From positions 19,778,001-19,842,000 of the forward strand of contig OX597840.1 of the NCBI GenBank assembly GCA_951406725.2: a DNA stretch of 64,000 bases. Reading direction: 5' to 3'. The notes beneath the pieces were generated by a model. That model was not told the DNA's origin and ran no database searches. It saw nothing but the letters and a program-made list of their open reading frames with translations. This DNA comes from Octopus vulgaris (taxonomy: Eukaryota). Shown here piece by piece: positions 14,992 to 31,723 of this stretch. A program made the translations under genes and the position numbers. Numbering within the stretch: position 1 is the first letter of the stretch; every line of letters starts with the position of its first letter.

Positions 14992-15243
14992 CAGAGACAC
15001 AAAAACACAAAAAAAGCTTTTATTCTTTTACGCGTTTCAGTCGTTTGACTACGGCCATGTTGGAGCACCGCTTTAAAAGGTTTTTTTGTAGTCGAAGAAA
15101 CCGACCTCGGGACTTTTTTCTATTTGTAATCCTAATAATTATTCTATCGGCCTCCTTTGCCGAACCGCTAAGTTACACACCAGCATCGGTCGTCACGCGA
15201 TGGTGGCGGGGTCAAACGCAAAAACAAAGACACACACATAAAT

Positions 15244-15293
<50 letters not shown>

Positions 15294-15476
15294 ATGTGTA
15301 TGTATATAAAAATAAATATATATATATATATATATATATATTGGTAAAACGGTAAGATAACAAAAGAAAGAAAGAAAGAGACCTCAATATTATGTAAATA
15401 GAGGAAATTTATCTATAAAATAATATGTTACATTTACTCAATAGTCAAGATAAAACTCTGAGTTTTCAGATAGCCA

Positions 15477-15537
15477 GATAACCGAAGAGATGGTGTTGTG
15501 GATTTCCACTTCGGCATCTGAAACTCAGAGTTTTATC
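15477..15537 (+). ncRNA. Hammerhead motif nested inside a long inverted repeat (15414-15571)
   Basis: GAUAA-CCGAAGA-GAUG..CAUC(U)-GAAA-CUC(A)GAG-UU|UUAUC. Stem III is identical to that of the 63865 element. Confidence 0.6.
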
Positions 15538-15562
15538 TTGACTATCGAGTAATGTAACATAT

Positions 15563-15615
<53 letters not shown>

Positions 15616-15744
15616 GGTATGTAGAAAAATACAACATGGACAAGAACGTATAACTCTTAGAAGACGACACAATAAACACGGACAGGACATTCGAAACCCT
15701 CAGTCTTCAGTCAAGAACCGGATCATCGTAGTAATTTCGGCTGA

Positions 15745-15822
<78 letters not shown>

Positions 15823-15845
15823 CATATATACATATATACATACAT

Positions 15846-15892
<47 letters not shown>

Positions 15893-15895
15893 TAT

Positions 15896-15950
<55 letters not shown>

Positions 15951-15970
15951 CATATAATATATATATATAT

Positions 15971-16062
<92 letters not shown>

Positions 16063-16279
16063 GTGTGTAACCGCACATGGGCCATTGGCGATTTTCCTTC
16101 GTTGGTCTTTTCCCCCCTTTTCCTTTCCGACGAAGAGCCATGCTCGAAACACAAAAATCTCTCTCCTTTCACCGTCTGTCAAAATTAATATGATTCTTTT
16201 GTACAGGTCCTCACGTTCTCTCTTTTCGTTTTTTTTATTCGTTTCTTGAATTGTTTGTTCACTGAATTCACTATATATA

Positions 16280-16319
<40 letters not shown>

Positions 16320-16333
16320 ATATGTATATATAC

Positions 16334-16401
<68 letters not shown>

Positions 16402-16406
16402 TGTAT

Positions 16407-16440
<34 letters not shown>

Positions 16441-16452
16441 ATGTATGTATAT

Positions 16453-16513
<61 letters not shown>

Positions 16514-17148
16514 TTTGTATGTGTGCATATTCATGTATGTATGTAGGTCGATAAGTAAAAGGTGGACTGATGTGCCAAAAATGTATATCTGTATAAGTAG
16601 ATTACTACTTTCTTTCTTTCTTTCTTTCTTTTTCTTTCTTTCTAAATTCTTTTCTGACCATTCCTAATGCAACTAAAAAGCAGGTGGGTCCGTAATGTAA
16701 ACAGCCTTTATTTAATATTTTTCGTCCATTGAAAATATATGCATAGACATAACCATTTTTCTTTTCTGCAAAGAAAAATCAGCAAGGTGTTGGTGCATTA
16801 GGAATGACATGGCTATTCCGTATGAATGCATTTACGTAAGAGTATATATTTATATATATATATACAAAAGTTGATGGGTTTTTCTTTTTTCTTTTTTCAA
16901 AAATGAAGAAAATCAACAGCTTTATTCAAAGACAACAAACACTCAAACATAAAAATGTAGTTTGAATATACAAATACGGATTATTCAAAAGACAGATTCG
17001 AGGAGTAAGTCCAATTTAATATACTACTATTTCGCATGCATAAGCGAACAAGTTCAATAAATATAAACACAAAAAAACCACCTGTTTCTTTTGTGTATAT
17101 ACTGTGTGTGTATATATATATACACACATCATCATCGTTTAACGTCTG

Positions 17149-17226
<78 letters not shown>

Positions 17227-17231
17227 ATATT

Positions 17232-17449
<218 letters not shown>

Positions 17450-17731
17450 GGGTGAAATTAATTAATTTAGAAATAATCATTAATTTCACCAAGTAGAGTT
17501 CGACATGTAAAAGACCCATTCAAGGAAGGTTTAAGTAATACTAAGTAATTAATTAAGGGTTCAGCAACGATTTGCCTCACCACACACCGAATTTAGAAAT
17601 AGCAGTCAAAAAGTTTTGGCTATTCTTTCTACTTAAAAGGGAGATCCCAGTAAAACCAAATCCCTTAAAAAACAAACGACGCAGGCAAAAGAGAAAGAAA
17701 TGACGAAAATCATTCTTAATATAGAATGATT

Positions 17732-17811
<80 letters not shown>

Positions 17812-17819
17812 TCTTTTAC

Positions 17820-18002
17820 TCTCTTTACTCTTTTACTTGTTTCAGTCATTTGACTGCGGCCATGCTGGAGCACCGCCTTTAGTACTTATTCTATCGGTCT
17901 CTTTTGCCGAACCGCTAAGTGACGGCGACGTAAACACACCAGCATCGGTTGTCAAGCAATGCTAGGGGGACAAACACAGACACACAAACACATACACACA
18001 CA

Positions 18003-18058
<56 letters not shown>

Positions 18059-18404
18059 TACGACAGGCTTCTTTCAGTTTCCGTCTACCAAATCCACTCA
18101 CAAGGCATTGGTCGGCCCGGGGCTATAGCAGAAAACACTTGCCCAAGATGCCACGCAGTGGGACTGAACCCGGAACCATGTGGTTGGTTAGCAAGCTACT
18201 TACCACACAGCCACTCCTGCGCCTATATATATACATATATACGACAGGCTTCTTTCAGTTTCCGTCTACCAAATCCACTCACAAGGCATTGGTCGGCCCG
18301 GGGCTATAGCAGAAAACACTTGCCCAAGATGCCACGCAGTGGGACTGAACCCGGATCCATGTGGCTGGTTAGCAAGCTACTTACCACACAGCCACTCCTG
18401 CGCC
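17820..18404 (-). mobile_element. SINE family A, full copy plus tandem extra head
   Basis: Reverse complement of family A; 18061-18223 duplicated at 18242-18404. Confidence 0.85.
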
Positions 18405-18435
<31 letters not shown>

Positions 18436-18626
18436 CTGTAAGACATGAGATGATTAATCTCAGCCGATAAATTTCAAGGCTAATTGCAATGACTAAGAAA
18501 ATTCCATCATTATGACATACAGGTGCGCGTGTGTGTTTCTGTATTACGTGGGTATGTCTCTGATACGGTCGGTTGACCCGATAGAAAGAGCAACTAAAAC
18601 TCTCTCGAATTTACTACTACTACTAC

Positions 18627-18669
<43 letters not shown>

Positions 18670-18739
18670 GCTTCAACTACTACTACTTCTACCACCACTA
18701 TTACTACTACAAGTAATACTGCTAATAATAATAATAAGC

Positions 18740-18997
18740 CTTTCTATTATTAGCACAAGGCCTGAAATTTTGGGGGAAGGGATTAAGTCGATTACATCGA
18801 CCCAAGTGCGTAACTGGTGCTTATTTAATCGACCCCAAGAGGATGAAAGGCAAAGTCGACCTCGACGGAATTTGAACTCAGAACATAACGGCAGACGAAA
18901 TACGGCTACGCATTTCGCCCGGCGTACTATTTTTTAAAAGAAATGTCTGTAAGCATTTTCTCAGACGCGCTAACGATTCTCCCGGCTCGCCGACTTT
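18740..18997 (-). mobile_element. SINE family B. Also 13105-13305+, fragments 12293-12620+, 31268-31410-, decayed 41090-41430-
   Basis: Sequence similarity to 1-209. Confidence 0.75.
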
Positions 18998-19059
18998 AAT
19001 AATATTAATTTAATAGCAATAATGATAATAATAAGATATTATTATATAAGAGAACCTTG

Positions 19060-19294
19060 CTAGTGACATTTAGGAGCGAGGTGATATTGAAAGCAGAGAA
19101 AAGAGGAAAGACAAAGAAGAAGGGCAAAAAGGACAGGAAGAAGAATTATTCAAGAAGGGACCACACAATAATTTCCATGTAGCCACAACAGAAGTTGCTG
19201 GAAAAAACAGGCGGCATTGGCTGATGAAAGGAACCCTAAGAAAAGAGACCGAGAACACTATATTGGCAGTGCAAGACCTAGCTTTGGCCACGAA
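19060..19294 (+). pseudogene. R4/Dong-clade non-LTR retrotransposon fragment
   Basis: Translates to ...HWLMKGTLRKETENTILAVQDLALATNWK*, resembling the WLxxGxLxxETExxIxAxQ(D/E)QAL motif downstream of RT in R4/Dong elements. Sits after a (TAA)-rich tract. Confidence 0.6.
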
Positions 19295-19522
19295 CTGGAA
19301 GTGAAGCTTTTCGTTTTGGGAGGATGAGAAGGAAAACAAAAAGGGTCGAATTCCGATCAGAGGGGTTCATGAAAAGAAAAAGAAAAAGGGTGGAGACGAT
19401 CAATAGGGATCGTGTATCACAGAAATGTCAATGTAAAAAGGGGAAATCAGATTAGGTTTTGTCCGTGGATAGAAAAGCCTACGGAAAAGACCACGGGAAC
19501 CTTGGGCAATAGTGTCATGCAA

Positions 19523-19966
<444 letters not shown>

Positions 19967-20738
19967 ATGGGTTATCCATGCTTATCGGGTGTCGATTGCC
20001 ATAGAGACCAAACAAAAGTCTTCCAGAAAAATTCACAGCAGAAAATTCTAGCAAAACAAAATGAAACCCAGATAAAAACTCTGAAACAAACAAAAGATAA
20101 GAAGAAGTAAACAACAAACGAAGGGAGAGGGGGGAGGAGTGGGGTAATTGGGAGGAGATAATAGAACGGGAGAGAGAGGGAGAAGAGAGATAAAGCGAAG
20201 GAGCTTTGGGAGAAAGGAGAGAGTTGGTGGAAGGAGGAAGGGGAGATGAATGGCAGAAGTAAGAAATAGATAGAGAGAGAGAGAGAGGGGCATTAGATAT
20301 TGATAAACTTAGATTTTTAGCGTTCTGGTATTTGTTACAGCAGTGTGTGTGTGTGCGTGTGTGTGTATTTGTGTGTGTGTCTGTATGGTTGGAGGTAAGA
20401 AAACTTGTTGGCAAGACCTTGGCCTCGATTTCAATTCCCACTTCAGTTTTTAATCAAGTCGGAAACGTTGTTTCTGCAGTTGGAGACGTGGTTGTTATTG
20501 TTGTTGTTGTTGTTTTTCTTCTTCTTCTTCTTCTTCTTCTTGGTGGTGGTGGTGGTGGTGATCACAGAGGAGCGGCCGATATACAAGGTGTTGACGAGTG
20601 AACAGTCTCGTTGAAGGGGCCCCCGGGTGGGCCATAAACGCGTCGCTGCAACAAAAGCTCGCGGTAAGCACAGTCGAACAACATCAACGAAGGAAAAAGC
20701 GAGTTAGAAAGATGTATGTATGTATAAATAGATATGTG

Positions 20739-20946
<208 letters not shown>

Positions 20947-21444
20947 TAGATCGTTAGCCACTACACACATTTTTTCTCTCCTTGTTTTTTCTGTGTCCCT
21001 TTCTGTAGAAGAGCGTCGGCTCGAAACGTAAAAGACTTTTTCTATTCCTGAGCGTTATACTAATACATCTGTTTGTTTTCTACACCACCTGGCTTCGTCT
21101 TTTGTTTTGTTTTTTCGTAAACTTTCCCTTTATGTATATATATATATATATAAATATATATATAGTTGAAATTTACAGAAAAACAAAAGACGGAGACAGA
21201 TGTATAAACAACAAACAGGTGTATTAGTTTGACGCTCGGGAAGGTACGAGGGTCTCTTACGTTTCGAGCCTACGCTCTTCAGTATAAAGGCTGTGGGATT
21301 GAAATTCCCTATGGACAAGTGTACCCTGAAAGCTTCATATTCAGTTTTGGACGCTGGTAGCGCGGGGCTTGGAATATTTCAGTATTAAACTGCATATTAT
21401 TATTCTCAGCCCATTTTTCGTAAACTTTCCCTATATATATATAC

Positions 21445-21501
<57 letters not shown>

Positions 21502-22021
21502 CATACATACATACATACATACATACATACATACATACATACATACATACAGGTGTGTGTGTGTGTGACTGTTGTTCGCTTTTATTATGATTTTTTATAT
21601 ATATTAAACGTGAACAATGGCGCCGTCGACGGCAAGAACAGCAACAGCAACAAAAGCGTACAGGACGCTCTTAAACTCTGCCATAAACTAATCACCCCCA
21701 TCACCCACCACCACCACCACCACCACCACCACCACCACCACCACCCACCACCGTCACCGCCACCACCTACTCCTCCTCCTCCTTCTCTACCGTCACCACC
21801 ACCAGCCACCACCCCCACCTTCGCCGCGACGCTGCCACCACCCCCAGGTGACCACCTCAGTGACCACACGATGTGGGCCAACATAAAGAGAGCAAAAACA
21901 CATTAACGTATGCAAGGTACACACGGACACACTGATATACGCAAACGCACACACACACACACACACACACATATAAGTGGAATTGTGGGCGCAAATACAT
22001 ATATGTGTGTGTGAGTGTGTA

Positions 22022-23154
<1,133 letters not shown>

Positions 23155-23664
23155 ACATATATACACATACATATATACTCACACACACACATATATATAT
23201 ATATACGTATTTATTTATTTATGTATTTATAAGTATGAGTACATTTAAGCAGGGTGTGTATATCCTCGTCTCCTTCGCTACCCCACCCGCAAGCACCAGC
23301 ACCACCCCACACTCCACACATACACATTTTTCCAGTGGATTTAGCAGAGCAATAAAGAAATGTATGCAAATAAACAAGAACAAAATGTCTGCCAAAGTAT
23401 GTCACGTCTGATGCAAGACGAGGCTATCTTTAGAGATTACGTCATCGCGTCACCGGAGTCGGCTGGAAGTTTGTCGTCGCTTTTTTTCATAAAAATCTCT
23501 CTCTCACTGCTCCCCCCCCTCTCGCTCTAACTCTCTCTCTCTCTCTCTCGCTCTCCCGCTTTCTCTATCTCTCTCTCTCTCTTTGTATTTGTCATTCAAA
23601 CAATATAAAATACTTTCGCATATATATCTATACCTATCTCGCTATTTATCTATACACACACACG

Positions 23665-23697
<33 letters not shown>

Positions 23698-23723
23698 TAT
23701 ACATATGTATATACATACATATA

Positions 23724-23842
<119 letters not shown>

Positions 23843-24097
23843 CATATATATATTACATATATATATTTACTCTTTTACTTGTTTCAGTCATTTGACTGCG
23901 GCCATGCTGGAGCACCGCCTTTGATCGAGCAACTCGACCCCGGGACTTATTCTTTTTGTAAGCCCAGTACTTATTCTATCGGCCTCTTTTGCCGAACCGC
24001 TAAGAAACGGGGACATAAACACACCAGCATCGGTTGTCAAGCAATGCTAGGGGGACAAACACAGACACACAAACACATACACGCATATATATATACA

Positions 24098-24142
<45 letters not shown>

Positions 24143-24147
24143 ATAAA

Positions 24148-24187
<40 letters not shown>

Positions 24188-24197
24188 TATATGTACA

Positions 24198-24234
<37 letters not shown>

Positions 24235-24241
24235 CTATCTA

Positions 24242-24281
<40 letters not shown>

Positions 24282-24287
24282 CATTAT

Positions 24288-24346
<59 letters not shown>

Positions 24347-24376
24347 TTACTACTACTACTACTACTACTACTATTA

Positions 24377-24772
24377 AAGCGGAAAGCTGGCAGAGTGGTT
24401 AGCACGCCGGGCGAAATGCTTAGCGGTATTTCGTCTGTCGTTACGTTCTGAGTTCAAATTCCGCCGAGGTCGACATTGCCTTTCATCCATTCGGGGTCGA
24501 TTAAATAAGTACCAGTTACGCACTGGAGGGGATATAGTTCTCTTAATCCGTTTGTCTGTCCTTGTTTGTCCCCTATGTGTTTAGCCCCTTGTGGGTAGTA
24601 AAGAAATAGATATTTCGTCTGTCGCTTCGTTGCGAGTTCAAATTCCGCCGAGGTCGATTTTGCCTTTCATCCCTTCAGGGTCGATAAATTAAGTAACAGT
24701 GAAACCCTGAGGTCGGTGTAAACGTCTAGTCCCTTGTCTCAAAATTTCAGACCTTGCGCCTTTAGTGGAAAG
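24377..24772 (+). mobile_element. SINE family B with internal duplication
   Basis: atttcgtctgtcg...gagttcaaattccgccgaggtcga occurs twice. Confidence 0.8.
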
Positions 24773-24773
24773 G

Positions 24774-24833
<60 letters not shown>

Positions 24834-25838
24834 AACAGTTTGACTCAGCCCCGAATAATGACTGAAACGAGTGAAAGAAAAAGAATAAAAGAATAGTTAT
24901 GAGGGTCCACCCAAGTAAAATAGGGATCGAAAGGGTCCCATTGGCAGCAAATGGTTGAGAAATACTGCTATAAACAAAATTTGGAACTTATAACTCTAAA
25001 TCTTTTTACAAAAGACGAAGGGCGTTACCTTGTTTAACACCACTTGACCTTTGAATGGTTTTGATAAAGTATACTTTGTGGAAAGCTTTCTGGCACTCTG
25101 TATGGTCTGAAGAGATAAATTTCTCTGTCCTATACAACCTATCAGCGAGATCTTCAGAAGCGCAATGAAGGGCTACCCTTCGTACTCGGAAAACCACAAA
25201 GGGCCAGATTTGTCACGCTCTGTGTCGCGGTGAATCTGCCTGACAAATGTGTTAAGGGTCTGCGTCTCTGTGGAGTGCTCAGTCACTTTCCCTGGAACAC
25301 TCGTCGTCATAAGCGACGGAGTACAAGTTCGTCATTTGCGTGTGTTTGTCATCAGAGAAATAATTCTCGACCTATTTTAATAATAGGGGCCAGTTCCAAA
25401 ACCTGGGAATTTTTTAGTGGGCTTCTCAACCTATTTTAATAATAGGGGCCAGTTCCAAAACCTGGACATTTTTTAGGGGACGGCACCAAGAAATATAAGA
25501 CACAAGCAAGTTAAAGAAAAATTCATTGTATTTATGGAAAGAAGATAGTCGAGGGCCGCTGGAATGATGCTTGAGGGCCGCATGAGGCCCTAGGGGACGC
25601 GGTTGAGAACGGCCGGATTCGGTATTAATGTCTAGACTATATGTGTAAATGTATGTCAGTGTGTGTATGTTAACGTATTCTCGAGGGTGTGCATGTGTCT
25701 GTGTGCGTGTCTGTCTCTGTTGAGTGAATAATAAAAACTAGGAATATATATATATATATATGCATATGTATATGTATATATATACATACATATATATTTT
25801 ATATATATATATATACATAAATAAAATATATATATATG

Positions 25839-25896
<58 letters not shown>

Positions 25897-26035
25897 CAAC
25901 ATAAAAGTGTTAAGTAATTCTGAAAAAAAAAAAGGAGCGGCAGATATTTTCATGTAAACAACGGTTTCCCATCCCAGATGAAGTGCCTCTGTATGGACAT
26001 ACAAACATACACAAATGAATGCATATATGTGTATG

Positions 26036-26162
<127 letters not shown>

Positions 26163-26173
26163 GTGTGTATGTA

Positions 26174-26262
<89 letters not shown>

Positions 26263-26536
26263 ATATATATATATATATGAATATATAGGCGCAGGAGTGG
26301 CTGTGTGGTAAGAAGAGCTTGCTTCCCAACCACATGGTTCTGGGTTCAGTCCCTCTGCGTGGCACCTTGGGCAAGTGTCTTCTACTATAGCCTCGGGTCG
26401 ACCAAAGCCTTGTGAGTGGATTTGATAGACGGAAACTGAAAGAAGCCTGGAAGCCTGTCCAAAATGTGACCTCGTGTGTACCGTTGGCGATTTTTTTTAC
26501 TCTGTCTTCCCTTCTCTGGATCTTTCCTTCTCCTAT

Positions 26537-26571
26537 GTTTCCGACGAAGAGCTCCGCTCGAAACGTTAAAC
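26537..26571 (+). ncRNA. Minimal hammerhead motif (element ~26470-26670; decayed relatives at ~6220-6395, ~16066-16270, ~37630-37815)
   Basis: GUUU-CCGACGA-A-GAGC(UCC)GCUC-GAAA-CG-UU|AAAC. Stem III reduced to palindromic ACGU. Confidence 0.68.
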
Positions 26572-26689
26572 CCTCCTTTCCTTCTTTCCTGAGCGTCCAA
26601 TAATACTTTATTTGTTCCACATCCTCGCGTTGTTGTGTCTTTTTGTGCTTTCTTGTTTGGATTCCCTTTATATTTATATATATATATAT

Positions 26690-26748
<59 letters not shown>

Positions 26749-27156
26749 GTGAGGGAAGAAATATATATATATATATTTAGTGAGGTGCCATTCATACCAT
26801 GGGCTCCTAGAGAGCGTTTGTCGAAAAGCTTGCTGCGCATTTGTTTGGAGATTTAAGTTCCTGGATTTTCCTGAAGAGAAAGCTGCAAAATGGTCTCCTT
26901 ATTCAATCCGAATTAGGGGATTTGCAGCCTTTGAAACATATGTAGAAAATAATAAAAAGGAATTCTGTAGAATCTTCGTTCAGCTCCATTTCTTCCCTCA
27001 CTAAATATATAAAACTTTAATTATCCGCACTAAGGCACGGTTGCGATACCCCATGGTCGTAACCTCAACCGTGATTTTTCTGTTGTGATTTTTGCTACCC
27101 AGGTATCGGTTATAATTTGAATAATCCGTAACAAGATAATTCATTTATCCATTTCA

Positions 27157-27216
<60 letters not shown>

Positions 27217-27756
27217 ACAGTATTATATACACATTAACGGACGTCTCTGATCGCTCGGTTGCCATATATGAAATAATGAAGCAGTCACGGCTTTTAAATA
27301 CGTTTGGTTGTCATTGGATGCTAAGATTCGTTCGTATCAACCAATTCGAATTAAGTGGTGAAACTGCCAATTTGACATTTGCTAGTCGTCACAGGGACTA
27401 ACGAACCGCTGATATATAAGGAGGGGGGTCTGACGCAATGTAAAAGATCCGTGAGCCGTCTCTTGCACTTTTGTTCCGTATATATGAACGAAAATGAAGT
27501 GAAAAAGGAACAAGCAATTATCTTATGAACTTCATTCGCTTAGAGCCCTTCTCAGCTCCCTTCGAATTTAGGGATGGTCGTGGCGAATCAGTCACCCTAC
27601 GTTAATTTTTTGTTGGGGGCCACTTCTCGCTTACGTCTGTTTTTATAAAGTGCCGCAGTTCCCACGGAAGAGTCTGTAACGGGGTTTCCACGGGAGAGTC
27701 TGTACGGCGTTATTAATAGCGATTCGACAAGTGAATTCCTGTCAGAAGTGTAAGGG

Positions 27757-27806
<50 letters not shown>

Positions 27807-27835
27807 AAAATAAGCAACAAGAATGAATCCGGTAA

Positions 27836-27922
27836 TTTAGTACAATTGTTTCATACTACAACATTTTATTAAAAGCTGTAAATATTACAGCAGATTTAAG
27901 ATGCTGAGTACTCTTCAGCCAG
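27836..27922 (-). ncRNA. Hammerhead motif with long stem II, diverged relative of the 4574 element
   Basis: UGG-CUGAAGA-GUACU..gcuguaa(uau)uuacagc..AGUAU-GAAA-CAAUUG-UA|CUA. Palindromic stem III ACAAUUGU. Shares an aaaat.agcaaca.ga flank with 4545. Confidence 0.62.
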
Positions 27923-28089
27923 TTTATATCGGTTTTCCAATAATATAAAAGCTTTCAAATCAATTAATAACATTTTAGGGAAGGTATATATACAGACAAA
28001 GATGTAGATATAAATTTTAGGAACATGAGGTCGAGTGGTTCAGATGCTAACTGACCAAAACTCTGCTTATAACTGACTGCTGTAGGAAA

Positions 28090-28125
<36 letters not shown>

Positions 28126-28805
28126 GCATATACACACATCCATACACATACACACATGGCGACACACAAAGACACCTACAACCTGTTCACTTCCAATATT
28201 TCAAAAGCTGTCACACTGCGTTGTCATGGCGGACATGAACTCGTTATGAACGTCACGGAATGTTGGAGAAGCAGCAGCAGCTGTAACAATGGCGCTACTT
28301 GCAATTAATAGTAGCAGTAGTAGCAGTAGTAGCAGCAGCAGCAGATAATACTCTAGCGTTCTTGTTTGTTTGGTTGGTTGGTTGGTTGTTTGTATGTTTA
28401 GCGCTGTTTTTGTTTGTTGTTTCGTTTTGTTTTGTTTGTTTTTTTTAATAATATCCATTTATTTTTTTATTTATTTTATTTGTTTCAGTCATTTTTACTG
28501 CTGCCATGCTGGAGCACCAGGCTCATGGGCCTGGTTTCTCAGTTTCTGTGGCGTATGTGTTTAACCCCTCCCCCCCCAGCTGGACGGAACGCCAGTTCAT
28601 CGCAGCGTTACTCAAGAAACAGGAAGAGAGAGAGAGAGAGAGAGTGAGGGAAAGTTGTGGCGAAAGAGTACAACAGGGGTCGCCACCATCCCCTGCCGGA
28701 GCCTCGTGGAGCTCTTAGGTGTTTTCGCTCAATAAACAACACACAACGCCTGGTCTGGGAATCGAAACCACGATTCTCCGATAACGCTCAGGGATTGGAA
28801 AAGTA

Positions 28806-28840
28806 TTTTACGTTTCGAGCCTACGCTCTTCTTCAGGAAA
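28806..28840 (-). ncRNA. Minimal hammerhead motif, GAGC(GUAG)GCUC family (other copies 20999-21034+, 21254-21290-, 33630-33665-, 35796-35831+, 36055-36091-, 37056-37091+)
   Basis: CUGAAGA-A-GAGC(GUAG)GCUC-GAAA-CG-UA|AAA. Other copies have CUUU/AAAG stem I and variant cores (CUGUAGA, CUGGAGA, CUGUGGA). Confidence 0.6.
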
Positions 28841-29070
28841 AAAAAACAAGGAGAGAAAAAAAAATGTGTGTAGTGGCTAACGATCTATCATGGCGATCGC
28901 ATAGGCTGGTCTCTATACAGAATATCAGAAACCAGGCGATCCAACAGACTTGGATGTGTCAATACTTTCACATCTAATCTTACCGACACTGAATTTGCTT
29001 TACAAGAATTTTTAGAGCTTCACTTAATAGGCATCACAAGAAATGAAGTGACCGACGTATTAGCTTAGAT

Positions 29071-29900
29071 AGGCGCAGGAGTGGCTGTGTGGTAAGTAGC
29101 TTGCTTACCAGTCACATGGTTCCGGGTTCAGTCTCACTGCGTGGCACCTTGGGCAAGTGTCTTCTGCTATAGCCTCGGGCCGACCAATGCCTTGTGAGTG
29201 GATTTGGTAGACGGAAACTGAAAGAAGCCCGTCGTATATATGTATATATATATATAAGTGCAGGAGTGGCTGTGTGGTAAGTAGCTTGCTTACCAACCAC
29301 ATGGTTCCAGGTTCAGTCCCACTGTGTGGCACCTTGGGCAAGTGTCTTCTACTATAGCCTCGGGCCGACCAAAGCCTTGTGGGTGGATTTGGTAGACGGA
29401 AACTGAAAGAAGCCCGTCGTATATATATATATATATGTGTGTATGTGTGTGTATGTTTGTGTGTCTGTGTTTGTCCCTCTAGCATTGCTTGACAACCGAT
29501 GCTGGTGTGTTTATGTCCCCGTAACTTAGCGGTTCGGCAAAAGAGACCGATAGAATAAATACTGGGCTTACAAAGAATAAAAGTGTCTTCTACTATAGCC
29601 TCGGGCCGACCAAAGCCTTGTGAGTGGATTTGGTAGATGGAAACTGAAAGAAGCCCGTCGTACATATATATATATGTGTGTGTGTGTGTATATGTTTGTG
29701 TGTCTGTGTTTGTCCCCCTAGCATTGCTTGACAACCGAAGCTGGTGTGTTTATGCCCCCGTCACGTAGCGGTTCGGCAAAAGAGACCGATAGAATAAGTA
29801 CTGGGCTTACAAAAAAGAATAAGTCCCGGGGTCGAGTTGCTCGACTAAAAGGCGGTGCTCCAGCATGGCCGCTTCAGTCAAATGACTGAAACAAGTAAAG
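29071..29900 (+). mobile_element. Tandem array of SINE family A (head, near-full copy, 5'-truncated copy with tail)
   Basis: Three successive copies starting ~29071, ~29258 and ~29581. Confidence 0.85.
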
Positions 29901-30229
29901 AGAGAGAGTAAGCACTTTTGCTTTTCGCCTGTTTGGTATAAAGTGTTGGCCCCCCCATTAAGATATTCAACCACAAGGACATCGGGAACCGGATATGTCG
30001 CATTGGATACAGAAAATATCTGGCATTGAATCGCTGTAACTTGAATATTTGGTGAATTTACGAAAACACTTCAAAAGCATCTGGAATGAAACGAAAGAAG
30101 AGAAGTAGGATCTTATAACGGAAACCAAATTCTCCCAAGGGTACAAAAGTGTGAGTCACGAGGCAGAAAGGGCTGTAGGACGACTCAGCTAATATTGGAG
30201 GGCAAGCTTGTGAAAATGTACGACAGATA

Positions 30230-30613
30230 TCTCTCTATATATAAACGGCAGTTTGTCTGTGTGTGTTTCTGTGTGTCTGTCAGGTTGTACCCTCACCCTG
30301 ACCACGGCTTTCAACCGATTCTGATGAAACTTGACACACCCATAGCCCAATGTCATAATTCAAAACTAACGCAGAGAAAATTTTGAAAAGTTCCCCCAGT
30401 TCTGAAAAAATCGATAAATTCGACATGGGGTCGAGAATCAGAAACACAAACCACAGACTGTCTAGGGGGCGCAACTCCACCTTTTTAACTCTCAAAAGAA
30501 AATTTACCATAATTTTTTTTTCCATTTTTTTGCTATTTTTTGGCTATAACTCTCTAAAAATGCTTTATAGTTATTTCCCTTCAAACCCGAGCAACGCCGG
30601 ACGATACTGCTAG
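30230..30613 (+). mobile_element. Non-autonomous Helitron
   Basis: A|TC...CTAG|T termini; 5' TCTCTCTATATATAAA followed by a (GT)-rich tract; GC-rich subterminal CCCGAGCAACGCCGG. Confidence 0.7.
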
Positions 30614-30960
30614 TGATTCACTAAAAGCGACCTCCACCCCAGAAAGTCTATTTTGTTTTGACTGATAATGATATTCCCGGATTAACAGAATGTTTTAATG
30701 GTGTTCAGAGGGGTTTGGCAGAACATTTTGGTTACGCATGGAAATACCACATAATATCTGAAAGTAAAACTAGAAAAATAATTTTTTTTTTGTAAATCAA
30801 AAAGCGTAACGGCTTTTTTTTTTTTGGCTCCACGGACCGGTTCCTTGTAAGACTTTTTCCAAGAACCGAGGATTCACAAAGATAACAAAACACAATTAGG
30901 TGCATTAACATAAAACAGAATTATCATTGTATATAGTAATAATTCAGTGATGTTAAAACG

Positions 30961-31210
30961 TGGAGGTGCAATAGCCCAGTGGATAGGGATCGGAGGATCG
31001 CGGTTTCGATTCCCAGACCGGCAGTGAGGGAGGGGTGGCGACTCCTGTTGTACTCTTTCGCTCCAACATTCTCTCACTCGTTCTTCCTGTTTCTTGAGTA
31101 ACGCTTCGATGGACTGGCGTCCCGTCCACCTGGGGGAAACACATATACCATAGAAACCGGGAAACCGGGCCCATGAAGTTGAAACCGGGCCTAGGCTTGA
31201 AAGGGGCGCG
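30961..31210 (+). mobile_element. SINE family C, tail type 3 (related copy 28525-28780-)
   Basis: Same head, with 3' part cgatggactggcgtcccgtcca...agaaaccgggaaaccgggcccatga. Confidence 0.75.
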
Positions 31211-31491
31211 TAAATAATAAAATAGAATATGTTACAACACAAATATTATACATGAAATATATAATGGTTCCAAATTTGGCAACAAAGGCAGACATTTTAG
31301 GGGATGAATCGATTAGATCGACCCCAGTATGTTACAAGTACTAAATTTATCGACCCAAAAGGATGAAAAGCAAAGTCGACCACGGTAGAATTTGAACTCA
31401 GACGAAATACCATTTGGCTGAGAAGCAAACTTCTTACAACACAGCCCCTCCAATATATACAGACATACATGCATATTAGGATGGATGGATG

Positions 31492-31617
<126 letters not shown>

Positions 31618-31618
31618 C

Positions 31619-31681
<63 letters not shown>

Positions 31682-31682
31682 C

Positions 31683-31723
<41 letters not shown>

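Noticed and set aside
15640-15750. CTGAAGA-containing element (minus) with a relative at ~39965-40085
   Set aside because: No convincing stem II / GAAA / stem III arrangement could be built by eye; left as an unclassified repeat.
17959-18448. Recurring peptide [25 protein letters not shown] in many ORFs
   Set aside because: Antisense translation of SINE family A, not a protein family.
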